DNA of 64,000 nucleotides from Armatimonadota bacterium (GTDB lineage Bacteria; Armatimonadota; UBA5829; DTJY01): positions 50,960 through 114,959 of the forward strand of contig JAGONM010000007.1 in the NCBI GenBank assembly GCA_017993055.1, written 5' to 3'. The position numbers and the translations under genes are program-made. Below are positions 45,596-56,300 of this stretch, piece by piece (the first letter of the stretch is position 1; every line of letters begins with the position of its first letter). Below the pieces are notes generated by a model. It did not search any database, was not told the DNA's origin, and saw nothing but the letters and a program-made list of their open reading frames with translations.

Positions 45596-46533
45596 TTGCT
45601 CCGGTACTCGGACTTCCGGTCGGTCCTGCGGGCGAGTTCGCTCGTGTAGTGCAATCCGAGCGTCGCTGAGCGTTCTTTCGCCCATTCCGTGAGTTTTGTC
45701 GCGCCGACCGGCGGTGAGTCAACGTACAGCAGATCATCCATCAGCCCCCGGATCTCGTCGCGGGTGATCATCACGTCGCGCACCATCTTGCCGATGAGCC
45801 ATCCCACGAGATACCCCAGGCTCGGCGGCATGGATGCGATCGTCCGTCTCTTCCCGATGATCTCACCTACTGCCTCGACCAGCCCGCGATACGTGAAGGT
45901 CTCGGGGCCGATAGCGTTGATGATGACGTTCTCCGTCCGCCTCCCCTGCTCCACCGCAAGCTGGGCGAGGTCATCGACGTAGATCGGCTGGAGCTTGTAC
46001 TGCCCGTCGCCGAAGACTCCGAACACCGGCAGCCGGCGCAGGCCCCACGCGATGTTGTTGACGAGTATGTCCTCTTTGCCGAAGAGCACAGTCGGGCGGA
46101 GGATGGCGTACGACAGCCCGGTCTCGGCCAGGTCCCGCTCGAGCCGAGCCTTCCCGCTGAAGTACCCGAGTGGCGAGTCCTCCGAAGGGTTGGTGATGCT
46201 GATGTGCACGATGCGCTTCACACCGGCGGCCTTCGCGGCGTGGAAGAGCGTCTGCGTGTTGCGAACGGCGTCCGCGTATGTGAAGCCCTGGTGGTTGAAC
46301 CGCACCCAGTAGGTGTTGTAGAGGACGCTGACCCCACTGAGGGTCTCCGCTAGCTTGTCCGGCTCATCGAAGTGGAAGGGATATGCACTGACGCGGTCGC
46401 CGAACGGGTTCTTCCGGTGGATGGAGTTGGTCAACGTGATGACGTTCTCGCCCGCATCGAGTAGCCGGTGAGTGATATACTTCCCGGAGTAACCAAATGC
46501 ACCGGTGACAGCGTGTACTCTCTTCTGTTTCAT
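45592..46533 (-). CDS. NAD(P)H-binding SDR-family protein (NmrA/NDUFA9-like)
   Basis: VTGAFGYSGKYI Rossmann motif. The start is set at MKQKRVHAVTG. Confidence 0.65.
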   Translation of the reverse strand: MKQKRVHAVTGAFGYSGKYITHRLLDAGENVITLTNSIHRKNPFGDRVSAYPFHFDEPDKLAETLSGVSVLYNTYWVRFNHQGFTYADAVRNTQTLFHAAKAAGVKRIVHISITNPSEDSPLGYFSGKARLERDLAETGLSYAILRPTVLFGKEDILVNNIAWGLRRLPVFGVFGDGQYKLQPIYVDDLAQLAVEQGRRTENVIINAIGPETFTYRGLVEAVGEIIGKRRTIASMPPSLGYLVGWLIGKMVRDVMITRDEIRGLMDDLLYVDSPPVGATKLTEWAKERSATLGLHYTSELARRTDRKSEYRSN

Positions 46534-46553
46534 CTCTGTGGGGTTCGAGCCAT

Positions 46554-47153
46554 TTACAGCGTCCGTCCTCTCCGGCACAACCAGCGAACCAGAGCTGTTC
46601 CGCCCCACAAGGGGACGTTGATGAGCCAGGCCAACTGCACCGCAAGGGCAGCCTTGAAGACCCGGATGATGTATCGGTAGTACAATGGTTTGAGTTCGCG
46701 GCCTCTCGCCTCGGATACACTCACGATCTTGACGGTGCTGTCACCCCAGACAGTGACCTGCAATCGCTGCCACCCGCCCTCCAGTTCCCGCATCTTGACC
46801 TGCGCCCTGTGAAGCCTGAAACGGTTGCGAACACTATCTTGCGGCTTCTGATCCGGTTGCACGATCTCGATCCGCGACGTGTCCAAGCCATCCGGGATGG
46901 CGAATGAGTAATCCGTCACGCCCTTCGTGAAGGCCTGAACTTGAGAATATGACATGGCGGTCGCAACCCATCTTCCTGAGGGTGCGTTCCTGTGCGCCAC
47001 GAGGATCGGGAAACGATCCTCACTGTCAGCCAGATCGAAGGCGGGGCACAGCAGGGGAGTACCTGCGTAGTAGGTCAGAATAGGTAATCCGACGAAGCTC
47101 ATCAGGATCGCGACGAGCGGCCATCGGCTGGATGTCAGTATCGTTCTCGTCAT
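46554..47153 (-). CDS. hypothetical membrane protein
   Basis: N- and C-terminal TM segments. No family recognised. Confidence 0.4.
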   Translation of the reverse strand: MTRTILTSSRWPLVAILMSFVGLPILTYYAGTPLLCPAFDLADSEDRFPILVAHRNAPSGRWVATAMSYSQVQAFTKGVTDYSFAIPDGLDTSRIEIVQPDQKPQDSVRNRFRLHRAQVKMRELEGGWQRLQVTVWGDSTVKIVSVSEARGRELKPLYYRYIIRVFKAALAVQLAWLINVPLWGGTALVRWLCRRGRTL

Positions 47154-47189
47154 CGGTCTATCTCCGTCGAGTCATCGTGCTGAGCCGCG

Positions 47190-48611
47190 TCATTCACGGT
47201 AGTTCTTCCAGTTGATCATCACAGGGATGCCGCCGCGCTCGACCGATTCGAGGGCCCGGAGGATGACGGCGGTCGGGACGGCGGCGATCCGGGCGCTGCA
47301 GGCCGGTTCGTCGCCGGTCTCAATGCTTCGGACGAAGTCGTCGAGCAGGGCGAAGTGCCCCTTGTCGGGGATCGGCGGGATGATCGAGTTGTCGCCCTTT
47401 GCCAGTGCCTCGCGCTGGGCGGCCTCGGTACGACGATAGAACCCCTCGATGCCGTCCGCCTCGATCTCCGGGTACGGGTCGTTCGGGATCGGGAAGGTCG
47501 TCCGGAAGGGCTCGTCCACTACCCCAGCGACTCTCAGTTCCGCGAGGTGGTCTATGATGATCGCCGCGCCGTTGTGATAGACCTCGACCAGTTCCTTCGG
47601 GTAGCCGAAGCTTCCATATGCGGTGGCGAAGATGGAGGCGAGCGAGCCGTCCGCGAACTCGATGGCGATGACGTGGGTCTCCACTACGTGCCGACCCTGC
47701 CGTCCTTCGATACACTCTCCGCTGCGCTCCGAGCACTCAGGACCGGCGGGTTCGGGACCTGGGATCGAATCCGACAGCCCTGAGTGTGCCGGTGAATGAC
47801 GGCATGTATCGAAGGGCGTTCTTGTCGCAGGAAGCCGTCCTTCGATACACTCTCCGCTGCGCTCCGAGCACTCAGGACTGGACGGTTGTGGCCCTCGCAG
47901 TCCTTCGATGCACGTCCCGGAGGACTCACTCAGGACGGACGGGGTTGGGACACGTCCACCGGTGACGGTGACGCGGATGGGGGCGCTCTCGATGAAGCAG
48001 CAGGCGAGATCGGCGAAGTGGGTCATCTCGTTGATCAGCGCGCCGTGAGCGAAGGCCCACTTCTTCCACGACCAGTAGTCGTCGTTGACGCGGATCAGGA
48101 CCTGGGTCGTCCGCTCGCCGTCCAAGTGCGGGCGGTCGGATCCCTCGCGGTCCCAGCGCCAGGGCGGGGATACCGGGTTCTCGCGGTGCTTGCCAAGGAC
48201 GCGGACCGCCTCCCGGACGGCGGGCGCCATGCGGCGGTTGTGCCCGACGGTGAACCGGATGCCGGTCTCCTCCACGACGGCGAGGATGCGCTTCATCTCA
48301 TCGAACGAGTCGGCGAGCGGCTTCTCGACGTAGATGTGCTTCCCGGCGCGGGCGAAGAGCTGGATCAGCGGCAGGCGGACGGTCTGCGTGGTCGAGAGGA
48401 TCACCGCCTGGACCTGGGGATCGGCGGCGACCTCTGCGGCATCGGCGGTCATCCGCCTGGGATGGAACCGCTCACCAACCACACGCAGGACGCCCTCATC
48501 TATATCGCAGCACCACAGGAAATCAAGCTCCGGATGGCGCTCGACATTCGGCAGATGTATCATCTGTGCCATCGCCCCACATCCGACGACGGCGATCCCG
48601 ATCTTACGCAT
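47190..48611 (-). CDS. Gfo/Idh/MocA-family oxidoreductase carrying an ~86-aa in-frame repeat insertion
   Basis: IGIAVVGCGAMAQ Rossmann motif, VEKPLA and GHNRR. The insertion VPTPSVLSESSGTCIEG...PECSERSGECIEGRQGR lies between the VTVTGGR and HVVETHVIAIEF strands. Confidence 0.8.
   Translation of the reverse strand: MRKIGIAVVGCGAMAQMIHLPNVERHPELDFLWCCDIDEGVLRVVGERFHPRRMTADAAEVAADPQVQAVILSTTQTVRLPLIQLFARAGKHIYVEKPLADSFDEMKRILAVVEETGIRFTVGHNRRMAPAVREAVRVLGKHRENPVSPPWRWDREGSDRPHLDGERTTQVLIRVNDDYWSWKKWAFAHGALINEMTHFADLACCFIESAPIRVTVTGGRVPTPSVLSESSGTCIEGLRGPQPSSPECSERSGECIEGRLPATRTPFDTCRHSPAHSGLSDSIPGPEPAGPECSERSGECIEGRQGRHVVETHVIAIEFADGSLASIFATAYGSFGYPKELVEVYHNGAAIIIDHLAELRVAGVVDEPFRTTFPIPNDPYPEIEADGIEGFYRRTEAAQREALAKGDNSIIPPIPDKGHFALLDDFVRSIETGDEPACSARIAAVPTAVILRALESVERGGIPVMINWKNYRE
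47699..47951. repeat. cluster of four copies of a ~55-60 bp repeat (three direct, one inverted) inside the oxidoreductase CDS
   Basis: A perfect 45-bp repeat occurs at 47699-47743 and 47834-47878 (gccgtccttcgatacactctccgctgcgctccgagcactcaggac). A degenerate direct copy lies at ~47899-47951 and an inverted copy at ~47762-47818. Confidence 0.85.
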
Positions 48612-48626
48612 GGTTCTTCTTCCCAG

Positions 48627-48662
48627 CGGCCTGACAGGTCGGACTTGTCGGACCGGTCAGAC
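48627..48662. repeat. phased 9-bp GTCNGAC array, 4 units
   Basis: Coding (minus) strand reads GTCTGACCG GTCCGACAA GTCCGACCT GTCAGGCCG, 15 nt upstream of the oxidoreductase ATG and overlapping the stop of the 71-aa gene. Confidence 0.7.
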
Positions 48663-48872
48663 CGAGTGTTCCCGCATGAGGCCTTCTACCAGTTCCTGGC
48701 GGCGGCCGTCGGCGAGCCGGGCCTTGACTTCCTTCCAGACCTCGGGGCAGTTGCAGTCCGGCTTTCCGACGGCCCGGCGGATTGCGTGATCTACGGCCTT
48801 ACGGTTCTCCCTCGTCAGTTCGATGCCCGCGTCGGCGATGATATCCCCCACATGTCGAAGGTAACAGGACAC
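48657..48872 (-). CDS. small conserved-looking hypothetical protein (71 aa)
   Basis: MSCYLRHVGDIIADAGIELTRENRKAVDHAI...CNCPEVWKEVKARL. Good GC3 bias. Lies 9 nt downstream of the HD gene. Confidence 0.5.
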   Translation of the reverse strand: MSCYLRHVGDIIADAGIELTRENRKAVDHAIRRAVGKPDCNCPEVWKEVKARLADGRRQELVEGLMREHSV

Positions 48873-48881
48873 GTCTTCCTC

Positions 48882-50300
48882 CTATTCAACAACGAGGGCC
48901 GTGATCTCCCTCCATAGGGTGCGGACCGCCTCGCGGAGATCGGGCCGGCAGATCACCTGCAGGCGGCGGCTGTAGCGCTCGAACTCCTGTGCGAAGTCCG
49001 CCGTGAGGAGGGTGAAACCGAAGGAGTTGAACGGCACGAACCTTCCCCCACTACCGGCCCGGGGGCTGACAAGCACACGCAGATCCCGGAAATCGGCGAG
49101 ATCGAAGACGCTGGAGAGCCGGGGTATGTCGAGGAGCACCTCAAACCCCGACAGCTCAAACCCTTGAAGATCGTTCAGCAGACGGCAGACCGCTATCTCC
49201 TTCTCACGGCGTAGTTCCGGACGGCGGTAGAGATCCTTGACGCGTTCCATCTCGTGCCCGGAGAGTGTGAACTCCTCCTCTCCCGCGGGATGCTCCGGGA
49301 ACAGAGTGAACCCGCGCTTGTAGAGCTCGCGGGTCCTCAGCCTGGCCATCAGATCGGCCGAGGAGACGGAGCGCGGGTCGGATGGAAGCGACTCAATGAG
49401 TACGTCGTCGGAAAGGCGGTAGAACTCCTCCGGATTGACGACGCCTGCGTCAACGGCGTCCTGCACGTATCGCGTCAACATGGCCGAGGCGATCCTGGCG
49501 GCGTGGTGCCAGTAGATATGGCGAAACATCATGTACTTCGCGAAAACCAGGCTCTCCAGGGGCGCGATCCCCTTCTCCGTGATGCCGAGGCGGCGCCTCT
49601 CGCCGTCGTCGTCGAGGACGAGCGACTCGATCAGGCGGTCGGCGTCTATGCTTCCGTAAGGGACACCGCAGGCCGACGCGTCGCGCATCAGGTAGTCCAT
49701 CTTGTCAGGGTCCAGGATGCCGCTCAGCATCCGTCCGGGCAACCCGGTACTCGCGGGATCGGAGATTATCCGGGCGACTTGCTCGGGATCGGCGATCTTC
49801 CAGTCGTCCTTCAGAATGCCGTAGATGCTGCCGTGAGACCGATCCCCTGCGATGTACTCGACCGCGCGGTCTTCGTGCGAGCGGAACGCGCGACAGACCC
49901 CGCCCGACTGATCAACCGCCGGCAGCATATCCACGAGGTGGGCAAACGGGTAGTGTCCGACATCGTGCAGCAGCGCCGAAGCAAGGAAGAGCCGCGCCTC
50001 CTCGGGAGCAATCCCCGCCCGATCGGCCGAGCCACAGAGGACAAGGTTGCGAAGCATCAGGCAGGAGAGATGGTACGCGCCTATCGAGTGCTCGAACCTG
50101 GTGTGAGAGGCTCCCGGGAACACGTAGGAGACGAACCCGAGCTGCCTTATTCGCTGAAGACGAACGAAGTCGGGGTGTCCGATGATCCGGCGAGCGGGAC
50201 GGCTCAGCGGAATGTGCCCCCAGATCGGGATTCGCAGATAACCCCCGTCCTGTGAGAATAGAAAGGCAAAACGCTCCAGCGCCCCGGCCGTTTGACACAT
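48882..50300 (-). CDS. HD-domain phosphohydrolase (COG1078 / SAMHD1-like dNTPase family)
   Basis: RFEHSIGAYHL, LLHDVGHYPFAH and DKMDYLMRD. Confidence 0.8.
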   Translation of the reverse strand: MCQTAGALERFAFLFSQDGGYLRIPIWGHIPLSRPARRIIGHPDFVRLQRIRQLGFVSYVFPGASHTRFEHSIGAYHLSCLMLRNLVLCGSADRAGIAPEEARLFLASALLHDVGHYPFAHLVDMLPAVDQSGGVCRAFRSHEDRAVEYIAGDRSHGSIYGILKDDWKIADPEQVARIISDPASTGLPGRMLSGILDPDKMDYLMRDASACGVPYGSIDADRLIESLVLDDDGERRRLGITEKGIAPLESLVFAKYMMFRHIYWHHAARIASAMLTRYVQDAVDAGVVNPEEFYRLSDDVLIESLPSDPRSVSSADLMARLRTRELYKRGFTLFPEHPAGEEEFTLSGHEMERVKDLYRRPELRREKEIAVCRLLNDLQGFELSGFEVLLDIPRLSSVFDLADFRDLRVLVSPRAGSGGRFVPFNSFGFTLLTADFAQEFERYSRRLQVICRPDLREAVRTLWREITALVVE

Positions 50301-50396
50301 AGCAATGCTCCGAGGCTGCAGACTGCAGCCCGTACTGCTACATCTTCCACGGATCGAGAAGCTTTTCCTTGTGGGGAGCGGCAGACGGAACCAGGG

Positions 50397-53300
50397 TCAA
50401 AGAACCACGAGATCTCCCGAACTCCGAAGTCTGATCTTCGGGTGCAACTCGTCACCCACGAAGTAGCACGAGCTTACCCCGACAACGCTCACGTCGGCAC
50501 CGAGTGTCGGAGGCAGCGCACCCGCCGGGAGGTCTACCCTGATCCGATCAAAGCCGTGCGCCAGGATGAAGAACCCGGGCGTCGGAGATGGATCCACAGT
50601 ATCCACCCTGCCCCACGTCTTCACGAGAAGGCCGATGTTATTGAGACCATCTTTGCCCGCGATCCCCCTCTGTCCTACCGGAGGAGGGCCGACGTTGTAG
50701 CCAAGACCGCCACCGCCGAGCTGCCTCTCAAAGACGCCTATCGGGATCGGGACTAGCGAGTCCGGGTCGTTCGGGATCACGGCGGACGCCTCCACGATCC
50801 GCTCGCCGTCTACGGTGACCATGACGCCTCGGACCGCGGCAAGATCGCCAATGGAAGGCATCGGCCCCGACCACAGCACGCCGATGCCGCACGAGCGATC
50901 CTCTTCCTGGACATAGAATATGCCCGCGAAGACGGCGCTTACGCGCCTGGCATCGAGGCTCACGGGCACGCCGTCGGACTGGAGCTTGCACGCACGAGTA
51001 CTCCCCGATACCGCAATAGTGAAGACGCCGTCGGACTCGTCACCCGCCGGAACAGCGCCGTTCCGAGAGATTCTGATCCGGTATTCGGCAGAGGCGGGCA
51101 GGCCCGCGGTATTCCAGTTGAATGAACCCGAGTTGTATGGCAGTGCGGAAGCGCCGAGGACATCTGCCCAGGCCGAGCCGCCGTTGGGCGAACACTCGAT
51201 CCGGACGGTATCTCCCTGCGTCCAGTCCGGTCCGAGAGCGGTCCAGAGAATCGGAACGGGATCTCCCATACGGTAGATCTCATCGCCGTTCGGGGCGTCA
51301 AGCCTCAGCGCCGCGCCGCTCGCGATGAAGTTGGCAACCTGCGACCGCTCCCCGAGCGTCATGCCTGCCAGGCAGTTCTGAGCCGCGTTGAGCAAGGACA
51401 ACTGCTCCGCCCTGGCAAGGGAGGCGCTCCTGCTGTGGCCCTGCGCGCCGAAGTGCATTATGATCCTGGTCTGATAGGGCGCGAGCGGAAGTTCGTACCC
51501 GTAGCCGACGAAACCCATGGTGTAGGAAACGACGTTCGGCGACACGGCTGCTCCCGGCCCGGCGATCACATGGGTAACGGACGGGTCGTTCACACCATCC
51601 GCATCGTCAGTGACTATCCAACGGTCGGAGACGTCGAAAATGCTGTCCCCACTCGACGTCCCCGCAATCACGGTCAGGTTGTCGGAGCCGAGGTTCGTGT
51701 CGATCCTCACGGTATGGTTGATTGGCGAATCACCCAGGTTGGTTACTATCTCCAGATATCGGCAGTAGGCCCGGTCGGAGGGCACGTAGATCTTGCGGGT
51801 AACCTTCACGCCGGTTGTGGCTCCGCTGTCGACCACTACTTCCCTGACGTCGTTCTCGATTCCGGCTACTGAGACGTTCGGGAATCCGCTCAGGACGTAT
51901 CCCCCGTCGAAGGCGTCGCTGGTCCCATCGGATATGCTTCCGTTCTGTTGGATATCCCATCGGAAGCCGTCGCCGTCAGTTAGCACGAATGGCAGAGTGA
52001 CCAGACTGCGAACCGTAAAGCATCTGAGTTGGGTGGGCGCTCCCCCCGGCTCGACAGATGTGTTCGCCGCCGCGGATGCGTCCGCGGCACGTATGTAGTA
52101 GCAGTACCTGTCGCCGTCCTGGCTGGGACCGGGAATCTGCCCGGAATACTGGTCCGGCAGATCCGTCGAACTCATTGCGACAGCGGTGAAGCGCCCATCG
52201 TTCTTCTTCCAGTAGAGCGTCACACTGCCGACGGCGTAGTTGTCGGTGACCCCGGCGTAGACCGTGTAAGGTCCCGTCAGGTCCTCGCTGTCCACCAAGG
52301 GAGAATGGCTGATCACCGGCGGCACGGTGTCGGGTGCGACGGTGAAGGTGGCATTGGAAACATCGGATATGCCCTCATTTGGCGGGAACACTACACGGAC
52401 CAGGTAGCCGGCCGAAGACGGCAACCCGGATGTGTTCCACTGGAACGAGCCGGACACTCCGTTCAGATTCTGAGCTCCCGGAATCACAACCCAATCCGAC
52501 CCGGCGTTTGACGAATACTCGAGCCTGACCTGATCACTCTCCTGCCAGTCCGTGCCAAGGGGAGTCCAGTTGACCGTGACGAGAGTTCCGGCTTCGTACC
52601 ACTCGCCGCCATTCGGCGAGTCCATGCGTAGGAATCGGCCGGATTCAACCACACTCAGCGTGACCGGCATCACGAAGACGGGAACGGCATAGTCGTTGCT
52701 GATCAAGGCGATCTTGCCGGTCTCACTGAATCGGTCCGACAGCCCGGCGGCGTCAACGCTGACGGTGATCTGTTCCGACCCGCCCGGCTGAACCGTTCCG
52801 CTCTTCGGCGAGACATCGAGCCACGAGACCCCGGCCAGCAGAAGAGACCGGTGCAGATTCAGCCGACCGCCGGTGAGCATCTTGCCCGCAAGAGCGGGCT
52901 TCTCGTCAACGCCATCGAGTATCCACTGCTTGATCTGGCCGCATGTGGCATCGGGGTTGGCCGACTTCAGCAAGGCGCATGCGCCGGCCACGAAAGGGGC
53001 CGCCATGGACGTGCCGTCCTTGTTGCCGTAGCCGTCGTTCAGCACGGTGCTGAGCACCGCCAGGCCCGGCGCGGCAAGATCAACAGTATTGAGCCCCCAG
53101 TTCGATCCTCCACCCGACGGCCACTGAGCCAGATCGTCGTTGTGGTCGCTGGCGGCGACGGATATGATATTGGAGAGACTATAGCTGGCCGGATAGTAGG
53201 GCGCCGTATCGGTGTCCACGCCCACGTTCCCAGCGCAGGCGACGAAGAGCTGTCCGAGGTTGCCTGCGGCCGCGATTGCATCTACCAGGGCCTGGGAGTA

Positions 53301-56300
53301 CGCGCCGCCTCCCCAGGAGTTGCACGACAGGCGGGCACCCATCCGCGAGGCATATTCGATGCACTCTATGGCATCGCTCGTCTGCCCCGAGCCGCTCGAT
53401 CCCGCGAACTTGAGGGCCATGATACGGGTGCTCCAGTTCACGCCTGCGACCCCAGTGGAATTGCCCCCGACTGCGCCGAGGATTCCGGCGACATGGGTAC
53501 CGTGCGAGTTGTCGTCCGCGGGGTTGGAATCGTTATTGCGGAAGTCGTATCCGTGCACGTCATCCGCGAAACCGTTCCCATCGTCGTCTATCCCGTTTCC
53601 CGGGATTTCGCCCATGTTGACCCACATGTTGGCAGCCAGATCGGGATGGGTGTACGAAACGCCCGTATCAATGACCGCAACGACTACGTCACGCCCGCCG
53701 GTGTAGATTCCCCAGGCCTCCGGCGCGTCCACGTCCGAGTCCTCAATGCCACCGCTCTGACCTGTGTTGTTCATCCCCCATTGGCTACCGAACATCGGAT
53801 CGTCGGGGATGCTCTCGACGGAGACGATGTAGTCCGGTTCCACGAACGCGACGCCCGGCATGGCCGCGTATTTCGCCGCAACCTGCCTGAGGTCAACGCC
53901 TGCATCCACCTCTACGAGATCGGCCGAGACCAGCTTGAAGCTGTGGACGACCTTGGCCCCCGCCCGAGCATGCAGGTCCGCCCTCTGCGCCGACTGAACC
54001 TCCGGGCGGACACCGACGATCAGCCTGCCCGATGCATGAGGCACCGACCAGTCAACCTCGGGTCTGTCTTCCGCAGTGTAGAAAGCCTCCGACGGCTCGG
54101 CGACTATGCTGGTGGCGCCTCTTTCGACGATGCTCCAGTGCAGCGGCATGCATCCGTTGTTGGATATGATGACCGATGCGCTGTCCGTGCCACCCGGCGG
54201 CAACTCAAACAGCAGGCTGCCCTGCGAAAGTCCGATGGTCGCGCCGACGATCTCGAAGCAGTAGTCACCCGTCACCGGACTCCTCGTCACGTTCGGCGTC
54301 GAGGCAGCGTCGGCGGCTTCAATATAGTAGCAGTACCCACCGGCGCAGTTGAGGCTCGGGCCGGGAACGGCCCCGGCGTACTCGCTCGGCACGCCCGTGG
54401 GAGTCATAGCCACCTGAGTGTAAGACCCGCCGTTACCTTTCCAGTAGAGAGTGACCGTCCCGATCCCGAGGTTGTCGGTAACCACGGCGGTTACGATGTA
54501 CGGGCCGTCGGTATTGTTAGTATCTTCAAGCGGCGTATGAACGATCACGGGCGCAACGGTATCGAGGGCGACGGCGAAGTCACCGTCTGATGCATCGCTC
54601 ACCGCCGGATCAACGTTCGAGACGACCCTGACCCGGTAATGGCTGGACATCGGCCACCCGGAGGTGTTCCACGCGAACGACCCGGCCTTGTGAGAGAGGC
54701 TCTCCGCGCCGGGTATCTGCGTCCAGTTGGCACCGGCATCCGGGGACGCTTGGAGCCTCACCGTGTCGCCGGTCAGCCAGCCTTCGCCGACGGCAGTCCA
54801 CTGTATCGTCACAGTGTTTCCCGGTTCGTACAGCTCTCCGCCGTCGGGCCGCACTATCGTGAGCCTCGGACCGCACGGATAGGAGGACAGGTCGCTGGCG
54901 ACGTAGTCGGCCGGAACGCCGTTGCCGGCCGAGAGCCCGACGACGCATCTGTCGGCTTCGAGGGTCAGGTAGGAAAGAGTGATCTTCCCGTTGTAGAACA
55001 GCTCGACCTGGAAGGTGTTCGAGTTAGTGGTGCCGTATTCCCGGACACCGAGAAAAGTGACCACGACGCGATCCGTCAACTGCCGCCAGGAGACGTCCTC
55101 GCTTGCATAGAGATCGGCGAACAGGGCCGATATGCGCCTGAGCGCAAAGTGATTCTGCAGCAGGACTTCGCGGCTCGAGTCGCCCGAATCGAACGTTATA
55201 TAGCCGTTGCTACCGACGTAGAACGATCCGTACGTCTGGCCGTAGAAGGAAATGAGCTCCCCGGCCTGCAGATCAACCCTAGTGTAGTTGTCGTCACCCA
55301 GCGGAAGCACCGCGCCACCGGTCGGGTCGGTCGGCAGTTCGTCGATCGGGTGACTGCAGGCTGCATAGAAACTGCGCGAACCGTCCGGCGTGAACTCGAT
55401 GCTCATGTTCTCTATGTCGAGTTCGCCCGTGCTGAACGTCTGGGTGAAATAGTCGGATTGATCTATCACATCGAAGCAGAACGACTGCCCCACCTGCGAG
55501 GGGAGCCGACCGACGTTGTGTGACGAGGAGGAGTCAGTAGCCTCCACGTAGTAGCAGTAGCCGTCGCCCACCACGCTCGGGCCGGGAATCCCTGCGTAGT
55601 ACGCGCCCGGTCCGGCAGATGTCATTGACACGGACGAATACGGTCCGCCGTTCTTGCTCCAGTGGAGTTCCGCCGAGGCGATACCCACGTTGTCGCTGAC
55701 CTCGACGAACACATAGTATGGACCTGTAGCGTTTGCCGTGTTGCCGAGCGGTGTGTGGATGATCACCGGAGGAGCCGTATCCGGGCCGACCGTGAAGTCG
55801 CCGTTAGATTCGTCGGTGACCGATACATCGCCGACAAACGTGATCCGAACCCTGTATTGCTGAGTCTGCGGGAGGCCGCTGATTACCCAGTTGAAGAAGC
55901 CTGCGTTGTAAGGGACACTCTGGGCTCCGGGAATAGGGGACCATGTCCCGCCGGCATCGGGCGAGTATTCGAGCTTCACCCTATCCGAGGGCTGCCAGTT
56001 GTTCCCTGAGTAGCTCCAGATAATCCTGGCCGTGGTGCCGGGCTCGTAGCACTCGCCGCCGTTCGGTTTTACTATCGTTAGAGCACGCCCGACGAGGAGG
56101 CACTTCGGATAGCCGGAGAGATCGCTCTCCACGAAATCCGCCGGAACGCCCGAACCGGCCGAGAGGCCGACGAGACCGTCGGATGCGGCGATGTTCAGGT
56201 AAGAAACCGTGATGCGGCCGTCGAAGAACAACTCGATCTGGAAGGTATTCTGCGTCGTGGCTCCGTACTCTCGAACGTTCAGATAGGTGACGGCCACGCG

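Noticed and set aside
47699-47951. CRISPR array or tRNA/tRNA-derived gene in the repeat block (gggatcgaatcc resembles a T-arm)
   Set aside because: The repeats are of different lengths, one is inverted and there are no unique spacers of regular size. No acceptor or anticodon stems can be drawn around the T-arm-like segment. The block lies in frame inside a CDS.
52851-54590. 579-aa plus-strand ORF inside the giant protease gene
   Set aside because: It is antisense to the second S8 catalytic domain, whose triad motifs are intact. It has no start context and no family signal.
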